Assembly (NCBI GenBank): GCA_965202985.1
Contig: CBDBCF010000001.1
Coordinates: forward strand, 128,001-192,000
Direction of reading: 5' to 3'
Length of the DNA: 64,000 bases
From: Longimicrobiales bacterium
GTDB taxonomy: Bacteria > Gemmatimonadota > Gemmatimonadetes > Longimicrobiales > Gaopeijiaceae
Shown here: piece after piece, positions 56,172 through 64,000 of the stretch
Layout: every line of letters starts with the position of its first letter
Position numbering within the stretch: the first letter of the stretch is position 1
Made by a program: the position numbers and the translations under genes
The notes under the pieces: model-generated
Told to the model about the DNA's origin: nothing
The model's database searches: none
Seen by the model: the letters and a program-made list of their open reading frames with translations, nothing else

Positions 56172-57210
56172 CGGACCGTTCTCGTTCGAGGTCTCTTTCG
56201 AGCGCCTGCAAAGTGACGTGGACGAGTACGTCGAGCGGGTCTTCCGCGCTTTGGAGAGCGACTTTCTTGTCATGCCGCGTGGTGAAGGATTCGTTGCATT
56301 CGATGCGTTCGTGAAGGGCTATCATGCGATTCACGCCGCTACGGAGGGATTCGAGCGGATCGACGCCGACAACCTCTTCGAGGCAGTGTGCCGTGCTCCC
56401 ATCGGGCTTGTCGTGCTCCGTACCATCCTGGGGCTGTCCCCGCCCGAATGGTCCGACGTCACGACGCTGACCTCCGGCGTCACGATTGGACAGGGTTTTG
56501 CTCGAAATCTGGATCGTGGCATCAGGAAGGATCCGGAGTCGAAGATCGGTCGTACCCCTCTGCAGGACGCAAGGATTCGTGCCCTGGTGCGCACGGCTTG
56601 CGAATTGCTGAAGAAACCGGCACCAGCGACCGACGACGATCGCATTCATCGTCTGGACAAGGTGGACACGAGTTTGGGACAGGAGAGCCTTGTTGGAGTC
56701 GCATCGGTAGGTGTGGACTACCCGTCCTTGCTGTATGAGAGATTCCTGGGACGACCCTTTGCCTCGCATCGCGATTCCGTCAGCGAACTGGTAGGCGGTG
56801 CTCTCGAAGACAAGGTTGAGCGGGAATTGATTGACGCGGAAGTGCCATATTTCCGAACCAAGCGGGCCGAGTCGTTGGAGGGGTGGCAACAGAATCCCGA
56901 CTTTTTCTGCCCGAGCAGCGAAAACCCGATCGCCTTGATCGAGGCCAAGATGACGCAGGACGACGGCACGGCGAGAGACAAAGTAGCGCGGGTCATTCGT
57001 CTTGCGGAAATGAGGAATGGCCGCGAACGCGACGGATTGGCCAGCTTCGAGGTTATTGCCTGCATTGCCGGTCGGGGCTTCGGAGTGCGAAGGACCGACA
57101 TGAAGTCGTTGCTGTTGGCCACGCGCGGACTCGTGTTCACCATGTCTCAGGTTGATCAGCTCACCATGCATACCAGCCTGCGGCAGTACCGGACCGAGAT
57201 GCTCGGATGA
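56161..57210 (+). CDS. Putative restriction endonuclease, PD-(D/E)xK fold
   Basis: VGGALE...NPDFF...LIEAK...DDGTARDK; lies between two MTase genes and overlaps both. Confidence 0.75.
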   Translation: MATDGPFSFEVSFERLQSDVDEYVERVFRALESDFLVMPRGEGFVAFDAFVKGYHAIHAATEGFERIDADNLFEAVCRAPIGLVVLRTILGLSPPEWSDVTTLTSGVTIGQGFARNLDRGIRKDPESKIGRTPLQDARIRALVRTACELLKKPAPATDDDRIHRLDKVDTSLGQESLVGVASVGVDYPSLLYERFLGRPFASHRDSVSELVGGALEDKVERELIDAEVPYFRTKRAESLEGWQQNPDFFCPSSENPIALIEAKMTQDDGTARDKVARVIRLAEMRNGRERDGLASFEVIACIAGRGFGVRRTDMKSLLLATRGLVFTMSQVDQLTMHTSLRQYRTEMLG

Positions 57211-58301
57211 GTTTCGTCACTGTGGACGGATTCTGTGGCGCGGGTGGATTGAGTCTCGGTCTGAAGCAGGCCGGTTTTCGGATCGGCTACGCCTTCGACT
57301 CCGACGCCCGTGCCGTGGAGAGCTATCGGAGAGGAGTGGGTCGAGCTGTCCACCGGCGCCGAGCCGAGGATTTGGCGGGCGACGCGGTCATGGCCAGGCT
57401 CGATGCCTCCGAGCTGGATCTCCTCGCTGGAGGGCCTCCTTGCCAAGGCTTTTCGAAGCAGAAGCGAGGAGCGCACAAGGGCGACGACCGCAACCGCCTA
57501 GTGCTGGAGTTCGCCCGCTTGGTCGAAGAGCTCTCGCCCCGCTTCTTCCTCTTGGAGAACGTGGCGATGTTCGGCCAAAAACGGGGGCGCGAGTTCGTTC
57601 GGCGCATCCGCGCCATGACCCGTTACCACCTATTTCCGCATTTTTACAACAGTGCGGACTACGGGCTCGCGCAGACCCGGCAACGATTCGTCATCGTTGG
57701 GCAGCGCACGGACCTGACGGCGCCCTTCTACGTGCCTCCGCCGACGCATCGAGTATGGCGTACGGTCGGCGAAGTCATGAGGGGCCTCCCCGAGCCTCCC
57801 CTCGACTACTCCGTACATCCGTCGTTTCCCAATCATCAGCGCGCACGCGTCACCGAACTCAATGTGCGCCGCTTCTCGCATGTACCGCCGGGCGGAGGTT
57901 GGCAACATATTCCCGAGGAGCTTCGCCTGACCTGCCACAGAAAGGTCAACACGAGTCGAGGCGGCTGGCCCGACGTTTATGGTCGTTTGGACCCAGACGG
58001 CCAGGCTCCCACGATTACCGGGGGGTTCGACAGCTTCAGCCGAGGCCGTTACGGCCACCCGTACGCCGATCGACCTCTCACGCCTCGCGAAGCTGCCCGA
58101 TTGCAGGGCTTCCCGGACGACTTCGAGTTCGTGGGTACACGCTACGACGTTCGCACTCAGATCGGCAACGCCGTGCCACCTCCCTTGGCCCACGCCATCG
58201 GGCTTGCCATTGGGCGGTCGCTGGCCGCGGAGGACGGCCTAGCCAACGAAATGCACGAGCGGGCAGAGACGGCGGAGGGCCAGCTGCAGTTGATCGCCTG
58301 A
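57207..58301 (+). CDS. DNA (cytosine-5) methyltransferase
   Basis: FCGAGG, GGPPCQGFS, ENV, QTRQR, REAARLQGFPD, QIGNAVPP. Confidence 0.93.
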   Translation: MSFVTVDGFCGAGGLSLGLKQAGFRIGYAFDSDARAVESYRRGVGRAVHRRRAEDLAGDAVMARLDASELDLLAGGPPCQGFSKQKRGAHKGDDRNRLVLEFARLVEELSPRFFLLENVAMFGQKRGREFVRRIRAMTRYHLFPHFYNSADYGLAQTRQRFVIVGQRTDLTAPFYVPPPTHRVWRTVGEVMRGLPEPPLDYSVHPSFPNHQRARVTELNVRRFSHVPPGGGWQHIPEELRLTCHRKVNTSRGGWPDVYGRLDPDGQAPTITGGFDSFSRGRYGHPYADRPLTPREAARLQGFPDDFEFVGTRYDVRTQIGNAVPPPLAHAIGLAIGRSLAAEDGLANEMHERAETAEGQLQLIA

Positions 58302-58368
58302 CTCGGGGGGCTTGACTCCCAGCGCCCCTCGTTCGCGTTCGCCTTCCCCAGGCGCTACCTTTCGATTC

Positions 58369-60243
58369 ATGAAGCCGACCGACACCAGGGACCCGCGCCA
58401 CTACCACCGCGTGGTGGACTGCCAGTGGGGCTGCCCGGCCCACACGGACGTTCCCGAGTACATCCGGCTGGTCGCCAACGGGCGCTACACCGAGTCGTAC
58501 CTGCTCAACCGGAAGTCCAACGTCTTTCCGGGGATACTGGGGCGCACCTGCGATCGGCCCTGCGAACCGGTGTGCAGGCGCGTCCGGCTGGACGGAGAGC
58601 CCGTCGCGATCTGCCGCCTCAAACGGGTTGCCGCCGACCTCCGCGACGACGTGCGCCCGTTCCTGCCCGCCGTTCCCGAGAAGAAGAACGGGAAGCGCAT
58701 CGCGTGCATCGGCGCCGGCGCCGCGTCGCTGACGGTGGCCAACGACCTCATGCCGCTGGGCTACGAAGTCGTCGTCTTCGAGAAGCTGGCGAAGCCGGGC
58801 GGGCTCATGTGGACGAACATCCCAGAGTTTCGCCTGCCGGCCAAGGTGCTGTGGGAAGAGATCGCGTACATCGTCGACATGGGCGTGGACGTGCGCCTGA
58901 ACAGCCCCGTGGACAGCTTGGCCGCGCTGCTCGATGAGGAATTCGACGCTGTGTTCATCGGGTCGGGCGCGCCCAAGGGCAAGGAGCTCGACCTGCCGGG
59001 GCGCTGGGACTCGAAGCAGGTGCACATCGGCATCGAATGGCTGGAATCGGTGCGGTTCGGACACGTCGAGCAGTGCGGCGAGCGCGTGCTGGTGATCGGC
59101 GTCGGCAACACGGCGATGGACTGCTGCCGCACGGCGCAGCGCCTGGGCGCCACGGACGTGAAGGTCATGGCGCGCAAGACCAAGCCGCACTTCAAGGCGT
59201 CGCCGTGGGAGCTGGAAGACGCGATCGAGGAGCAGGTCGAGATACTGGAGAACCACTCCCCCGCCCGGTTCGTGGTCGAGAACGGGCGGCTGGTCGCCAT
59301 GGAGTTCGACGTGGTCAGCTGGCGCGAAGGCGAAGACGGGCGTTTGCGCAGCGAGAAGCTGGGCAGCAAGACGATTCAATGCGACGAGGTGATCCTGGCG
59401 ATCGGACAGGACAACGCGTTCCCGTGGATCGAACGGGACATCGGCATCGACTTCAACAAGTGGGAGATGCCCGTCGTCGACCGCAACACTTTTATGACCT
59501 CGCGACCGGGCGTCTTCGCCGGGGGCGACGCGGCGTGGGGCCCCGAGAACATCATCTGGGCCGTGGAGCACGGGCACCAGGCCGCCATCTCCATCCACGC
59601 GTACTGTCGCGGCGAGTCGCTGGAGGATCGTCCGCCCCAAGGGATGAACTTGGTCAGCCAGAAGATGGGCCTTCACGAGTGGACCTACTCCAACGACTAC
59701 GACGAAGCCGCGCGCGTCAAGATGCGCCACGTGGACCTCAAGGAGCGCTTCAAGCGGCTGGACATCGAGGTCGAGGAAGGCTTCGACATCGAGCAGGCTC
59801 TGACCGAAGTGGAGCGTTGCCTGAACTGCGACGCGCAGACGCATTTCGAGGCCAATTTGTGCATCGAGTGCGACGCGTGCATCGACATCTGCCCGCTGGA
59901 CTGCCTCACGATCACGCACAACGGTCCAGAAGACGACCTTGTGCAGCGCTTGACGGCCCCGCTGCTGCATGCGGAAGAACCGCTGTTCGTCTCCGAAGAC
60001 CTGCCCCAGACCGGCCGCATCATGGTCAAGGACGAAGACTTGTGCATCCATTGCGGACTATGCGCCGAACGATGTCCGACCGCAGCCTGGGACATGCGCA
60101 AGTCCGAACTGCTGATCCCGTATGCGGGGCTGGAAGCGGGAGCGGAGCACGCCACGCAGGGAGGAGTCCGCACCAACGCGGGAACGCCGCCCGCAGTCCC
60201 CGTCGCAGGACAGGCCAACTTGGCCGCCGGAACTCCCGCGTGA
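58369..60243 (+). CDS. GltD-like FAD/NAD(P) oxidoreductase with a C-terminal 2x[4Fe-4S] ferredoxin domain
   Basis: CQWGCP, GRTCDRPCEPVCRR, IGAGAAS, GVGNTAMD, FAGGD, RCLNC, CIECDACIDICP, CIHCGLCAERCP. Confidence 0.9.
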   Translation: MKPTDTRDPRHYHRVVDCQWGCPAHTDVPEYIRLVANGRYTESYLLNRKSNVFPGILGRTCDRPCEPVCRRVRLDGEPVAICRLKRVAADLRDDVRPFLPAVPEKKNGKRIACIGAGAASLTVANDLMPLGYEVVVFEKLAKPGGLMWTNIPEFRLPAKVLWEEIAYIVDMGVDVRLNSPVDSLAALLDEEFDAVFIGSGAPKGKELDLPGRWDSKQVHIGIEWLESVRFGHVEQCGERVLVIGVGNTAMDCCRTAQRLGATDVKVMARKTKPHFKASPWELEDAIEEQVEILENHSPARFVVENGRLVAMEFDVVSWREGEDGRLRSEKLGSKTIQCDEVILAIGQDNAFPWIERDIGIDFNKWEMPVVDRNTFMTSRPGVFAGGDAAWGPENIIWAVEHGHQAAISIHAYCRGESLEDRPPQGMNLVSQKMGLHEWTYSNDYDEAARVKMRHVDLKERFKRLDIEVEEGFDIEQALTEVERCLNCDAQTHFEANLCIECDACIDICPLDCLTITHNGPEDDLVQRLTAPLLHAEEPLFVSEDLPQTGRIMVKDEDLCIHCGLCAERCPTAAWDMRKSELLIPYAGLEAGAEHATQGGVRTNAGTPPAVPVAGQANLAAGTPA

Positions 60244-62135
60244 GCGCCGCTTCGGGCGAGGCCCCGCTCCCAAGCTCCAACGGCGGGCCGCCCGCCGGAC
60301 CCGTCGCCGCCGCTCCCGGACCCGCTGCCGTTCGCGTCAACGACCTGGCCTTCAAGATCGGTACGGTCAACGGCACCGGTTCGGCCAGCGCCAACGGACT
60401 GCTCCGGCGCGCCATCTTCCGCATGGGCGTCCCGGTTTCCGGCAAGAACCTCTTTCCGTCGAACATTCAGGGCCTGCCGACGTGGTACGAGATACGGGCC
60501 AACGCCCGCGGGCACACGGCGCGAACCGCTCGGTTCGACGTGGTGGTGGCGATGAACCCCGCCAGCTACGCCCAGGACGTGGCCGAGACCGCCGACGGAG
60601 GCTGGGTCCTGCACGACTCGAGCTGGCCGATGGCGCGCGAGCTAGACCGGGACGACGTGACCTTTCTGGGCATTCCCCTGGCCCGCATGACGGTGGACAA
60701 CTTCGAGGGTTCGCGCACGCGCATCCTCATGAAGAACATCTGCTACGTCGGGGCGCTGGCGGCGCTGCTGAAGATCGACTTGGACATCGTCAAGGAACTC
60801 CTGCGCGAGACGTTCGCGGCCAAGAAGAAGCTCCTGGACGCCAACTTCCTGGCCATCGACCTGGGCCACGACTACGCGCAAGAGCACTTCGACTGTCCCC
60901 TGCCGGTGCGCCTGGACCCCATGCAGGCCAACGACGACGCCATCCTGATCGACGGCAACACCGCGGCGGCGCTGGGCTGCGTCTACGCGGGCGCCACCGT
61001 GGCCGCTTGGTATCCCATCACGCCCTCCACGTCGCTGGTGGACGCCTTCACCGCCTTCTGCCACAGCCATCGCAAGGACCCGGCCACGGACAAGAACCGC
61101 TTCGCCATCGTCCAAGCAGAAGACGAACTCGCGGCCGCGGGCATGGTCGTCGGCGCGGGCTGGGCCGGCGCCCGGGCGTTCACCTCCACCAGCGGCGCCG
61201 GGCTGTCGCTCATGACCGAGTTCATCGGCCTGGCCTACTATGCCGAGGTCCCGTCGGTGTTCTTCGACGTGCAGCGCGTGGGGCCGTCCACCGGCATGCC
61301 CACGCGCACTCAGCAGGCGGACCTGCAGTTCGTCGCCTACGCGTCGCACGGCGACACCAAGCACTTGGTGCTCTTTCCGGCGGACCCGCGCGAGTGCTTC
61401 GACTTCGCGATCGATGCCTTCGACTTGGCGGAGCGCTATCAGACGCCGGTGTTCGTGCTCACCGACCTGGACATCGGCATGAACGACTGGGTCGTGCCCA
61501 AGCTGGAGTGGGACGACGCGTACCGGCCCGATCGGGGCAAGGTGCTGTCGGCGGCGGAGCTGGAAAAGGCGAAGGCGTTCTTCCGGTACCTGGACGTGGA
61601 CGGAGACGGCATCCCCCAGCGAACCCTGCCGGGCGTGCACCCCAAGGGGGCCTACGTGACGCGCGGCTCGGGCCACGACCGCTTTGGCGCCTACACCGAG
61701 GATTCGGCGCCCTACTCGGACGTGATGGACCGCATTCGGCGCAAGATCGACGGGGCCGCGCCCCACCTGCCGGCTTCCGAAGTGCGCTTGCACGACGACG
61801 CCCGAATCGGGCTGGTGACGATCGGCGGCTGCCGCGGCGCCGTGCTGGAAGCGATGGAGGAGCTGTCCCGACGGGGCGTGGCGGCGAACTACCTTCGCGT
61901 GCGCGCGTTCCCGTTCCACCCGGACGTGGAGGATTTTCTCGCGCGCCACGACACCAACTTCGTCGTCGAGCAGAACCGCGACGGCCAACTGCGCAAGCTG
62001 CTCGTCGCCGAAACGGACGCCGCGAAGGACGGGCTGGTCTCCGTGCTCTACTACGGGGGACTGCCGATGAGCTGCCACCATGTGGTCGAAGGGCTCGCGC
62101 CGCACTTGGCCCCGCACCTGGAGCCGGACCGTTGA
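60240..62135 (+). CDS. 2-oxoacid:ferredoxin oxidoreductase, gamma-alpha fusion subunit
   Basis: FPSNIQG, WYPITPS, QAEDELAA, TSGAGLSLM, QRVGPSTGMPT, VEQN; GTGA overlap. Confidence 0.92.
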   Translation: MSAASGEAPLPSSNGGPPAGPVAAAPGPAAVRVNDLAFKIGTVNGTGSASANGLLRRAIFRMGVPVSGKNLFPSNIQGLPTWYEIRANARGHTARTARFDVVVAMNPASYAQDVAETADGGWVLHDSSWPMARELDRDDVTFLGIPLARMTVDNFEGSRTRILMKNICYVGALAALLKIDLDIVKELLRETFAAKKKLLDANFLAIDLGHDYAQEHFDCPLPVRLDPMQANDDAILIDGNTAAALGCVYAGATVAAWYPITPSTSLVDAFTAFCHSHRKDPATDKNRFAIVQAEDELAAAGMVVGAGWAGARAFTSTSGAGLSLMTEFIGLAYYAEVPSVFFDVQRVGPSTGMPTRTQQADLQFVAYASHGDTKHLVLFPADPRECFDFAIDAFDLAERYQTPVFVLTDLDIGMNDWVVPKLEWDDAYRPDRGKVLSAAELEKAKAFFRYLDVDGDGIPQRTLPGVHPKGAYVTRGSGHDRFGAYTEDSAPYSDVMDRIRRKIDGAAPHLPASEVRLHDDARIGLVTIGGCRGAVLEAMEELSRRGVAANYLRVRAFPFHPDVEDFLARHDTNFVVEQNRDGQLRKLLVAETDAAKDGLVSVLYYGGLPMSCHHVVEGLAPHLAPHLEPDR

Positions 62136-63328
62136 CGCACATCGCCAAGCCCCGCGTGCGCCATCCCGGCCTCGTCAAGAACCGGCTGGGCCTGACGCGC
62201 CGAGACTACGAAGGCTCCATGTCCACGCTGTGCGCCGGCTGCGGGCACGACTCGATCACCGCCGCAATCGTGCAGGCGTTCTGGGAGATGGACGTGGAGC
62301 CGCACAAGGTCGTCAAGACGTCCGGGATCGGCTGCAGCGGCAAGACTCCCGCGTACTTTCTCAAGGAAGCGCACGGACTCAACGCGGTGCACGGTCGGAT
62401 GCCGTCGATCACCACGGGCGCCCACGCCGCCAACCGAGAGCTGGTGTGCGTCGGCGTGTCCGGCGACGGCGACAGCCTGTCGATCGGCATCGGACAGTTC
62501 GCCCACGTGATCCGTCGCAATGTGGACATGTTGTACATCCTGGAGAACAACGGCGTCTACGGCTTGACCAAGGGCCAGTTCTCGGCCTCCGCCGACATGG
62601 GCAGCACGGCCAAGCGGGGACAGGTCAACCGCGAGCATCCCATCGACCCGGTGCTGCTGGCGCTTAGCCTGGGCGCGGGGTTCGTGGCGCGCAGCTTCTC
62701 CGGCGACAAGGAGCAGCTGGTTCCGATCCTCCAGGCCGGGCTTCGCCATCGTGGCTTCGCGCTGGTCGACGTGATCTCGCCCTGCGTGACCTTCAACGAC
62801 CACCGGGGCTCCACCAAGAGCTACGAACACACGCGCAACCACTACAACCCGCTTGTGGAGGCGGAGTTCGAGCCGCGCGCGGAGGACGCCGACGACGACG
62901 GCCGGACCACGCCCGCCGATCTCGACTCGACGGGCGACGGCATGTCCTCTCCGGACCTTGTGCCGCCCGCCGACGAGATCACCGCCAGCTACGGCGCCGG
63001 CGACCTGCGCGCGGTCGTCATGCACGACGGCAGCCGCATTCGCTTCCGCAAGGTCCCGGAAGACTACGATCCCTTCGACCGCGACCGAGTCTACGCCTAC
63101 ATCCGGCGCCGACAACAGGCGGGCGAGGTCGCGACCGGGCTGCTGTACGTGGAAGCGGACCATGGGGAGCCGGCCGAGCGCAACGGGGGCCGGCCGGCGG
63201 CGCCCGAAGCCGCGACCGACTTCCACGGCATCCAAGGAACCGTGGACGAGCCGCTGGTGGACCTTCCCTTCGAGGCGCTGTGCCCCGGCGCCGACGTCTT
63301 GGAGCGGATTCAGAGCCGCTTCCGGTAG
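62132..63328 (+). CDS. 2-oxoacid:ferredoxin oxidoreductase, beta subunit
   Basis: LCAGCGH, SGIGCS, HGR, GDGD...ENNGVYGLTKGQFS, SPCVTFN; TTGA overlap. Confidence 0.92.
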   Translation: MTHIAKPRVRHPGLVKNRLGLTRRDYEGSMSTLCAGCGHDSITAAIVQAFWEMDVEPHKVVKTSGIGCSGKTPAYFLKEAHGLNAVHGRMPSITTGAHAANRELVCVGVSGDGDSLSIGIGQFAHVIRRNVDMLYILENNGVYGLTKGQFSASADMGSTAKRGQVNREHPIDPVLLALSLGAGFVARSFSGDKEQLVPILQAGLRHRGFALVDVISPCVTFNDHRGSTKSYEHTRNHYNPLVEAEFEPRAEDADDDGRTTPADLDSTGDGMSSPDLVPPADEITASYGAGDLRAVVMHDGSRIRFRKVPEDYDPFDRDRVYAYIRRRQQAGEVATGLLYVEADHGEPAERNGGRPAAPEAATDFHGIQGTVDEPLVDLPFEALCPGADVLERIQSRFR

Positions 63329-63411
63329 AGCATCGCATCCTCGCGTGAGGGGAAGGCGTGCCGGTACCGGGGACTGGTTGAAGGTCGCCCGGGCCGCTTC
63401 CCTTGGCGCCC

Positions 63412-64000
63412 CTACGGCACCTTGCGCGAGAAGTTGCCGTGAACGCCCATCCGCTCGACCGAGCCGTCTTCGCCGCGGTGGAAGACGTACGCTTCTCCCA
63501 AGTCGCCGTCTTCCCGGACGCGCTGGAACACGTCGCCTTCGACGCGACGGAGCTTTCTCATGGCCTCCATCGGGTCGCCGGTGGGCAAGCTCACGGCGGC
63601 CAGGGCACCGTCCCAGCGCAGTACGAACGTTTCTCCCCAGTCGGACTCGTACAGCCCCTCGTAGTCGGCCAACGAGGCCAGACCAGCCGTTGCGCCGCCC
63701 GGATCGTCCGCGATCGCCGCCAGGGCCGGGCCGAAGATGCCCGCCATCCGCGCCCACACTTGGCCGGGGTTGACGCCCTGCGCGTTGATCATGACCACTC
63801 CGGCAAGCTTCTTGGCCGGGATCAGCTGCAGGGTGGAGCGGAAGCCGGGGCACGAACCGCCGTGGCCGACGGTGCGCTCGCCGTCGCGCTGCGAGACGGC
63901 GAACCCCAGGCCCCACATCGTTTCGAAGTCGGGGTCCACCCAGTGCACGCGGTGCATCTCCCGGAGCGTGTTGGCGTCCAGCACCTCGGCGTCGCCGCCG
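63412..64000 (-). CDS. Serine hydrolase (beta-lactamase/AmpC-like) family protein, 3' part
   Basis: WGLGF...VGHGGSCPGFRS...GVVMINA, followed by a C-terminal beta domain (YEGLYESDWG); frame is open to the window edge. Confidence 0.82.
   Translation of the reverse strand, partial: GGDAEVLDANTLREMHRVHWVDPDFETMWGLGFAVSQRDGERTVGHGGSCPGFRSTLQLIPAKKLAGVVMINAQGVNPGQVWARMAGIFGPALAAIADDPGGATAGLASLADYEGLYESDWGETFVLRWDGALAAVSLPTGDPMEAMRKLRRVEGDVFQRVREDGDLGEAYVFHRGEDGSVERMGVHGNFSRKVP

Noticed and set aside
50..63916. Many long alternative-frame or antisense ORFs (e.g. 6048..8666, 14334..17111, 25967..29638, 43469..46342, 53901..56273)
   Set aside because: Arg/Pro/Gly-rich shadows of real genes, expected in high-GC DNA where stops are rare; no family motifs.
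1..64000. CRISPR array, tRNA, rRNA, integrase or prophage genes
   Set aside because: No regularly spaced repeats, cloverleaf, rRNA-like segment, recombinase motif or phage structural gene recognised by eye; a covariance-model scan would be needed to exclude small RNAs.

Overview
A GC-rich bacterial chromosomal window. The gene mix (6-bladed beta-propeller lipoproteins, carboxypeptidase-regulatory-domain proteins, a TonB receptor, Rpn and DUF4143 genes) suggests Gemmatimonadota, which is inference only. Core/metabolic blocks: CoA-transferase, enoyl-CoA hydratase, OsmC-family gene, TRAP transporter and FAD/Fe-S oxidoreductase (1-9.5 kb); thiI, threonine dehydratase, aldo-keto reductase, prolyl oligopeptidase and cobalamin-riboswitch-controlled btuB (40-50 kb); oxalate-CoA ligase with a PanE2-like reductase (50-53 kb); GltD-like flavoprotein with 2-oxoacid:ferredoxin oxidoreductase (58-63 kb). 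Three accessory blocks interrupt them. (1) A ~20 kb defence island (9.5-29.5 kb) with a Menshen-like triad, a DUF499/DUF1156/SNF2-DUF3883 system carrying an ABC-ATPase/PIN pair and a GmrSD-like gene, ORFans, and remnants of an older copy of the same system. (2) A divergent ~10 kb locus (29.4-39.6 kb) built around two tiny secreted 8-cysteine peptides, with two thioredoxin-fold proteins, three beta-propellers, two ECF sigma factors and a zinc anti-sigma; this is my best candidate for an undescribed system. (3) A coupled restriction-modification operon with both an amino-MTase and a C5-MTase (52.8-58.3 kb). Signals the ORF track misses: a probable selenocysteine UGA with a SECIS hairpin in the OsmC gene, an intragenic SD+ATG in the Rpn gene (probable RpnS antitoxin), a 1-nt frameshift in the first peptide gene, and an AT-rich perfect palindrome inside a CDS. 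No rRNA, tRNA, CRISPR array, integrase or transposase was recognised. All family calls come from motif recognition by eye, not database searches.
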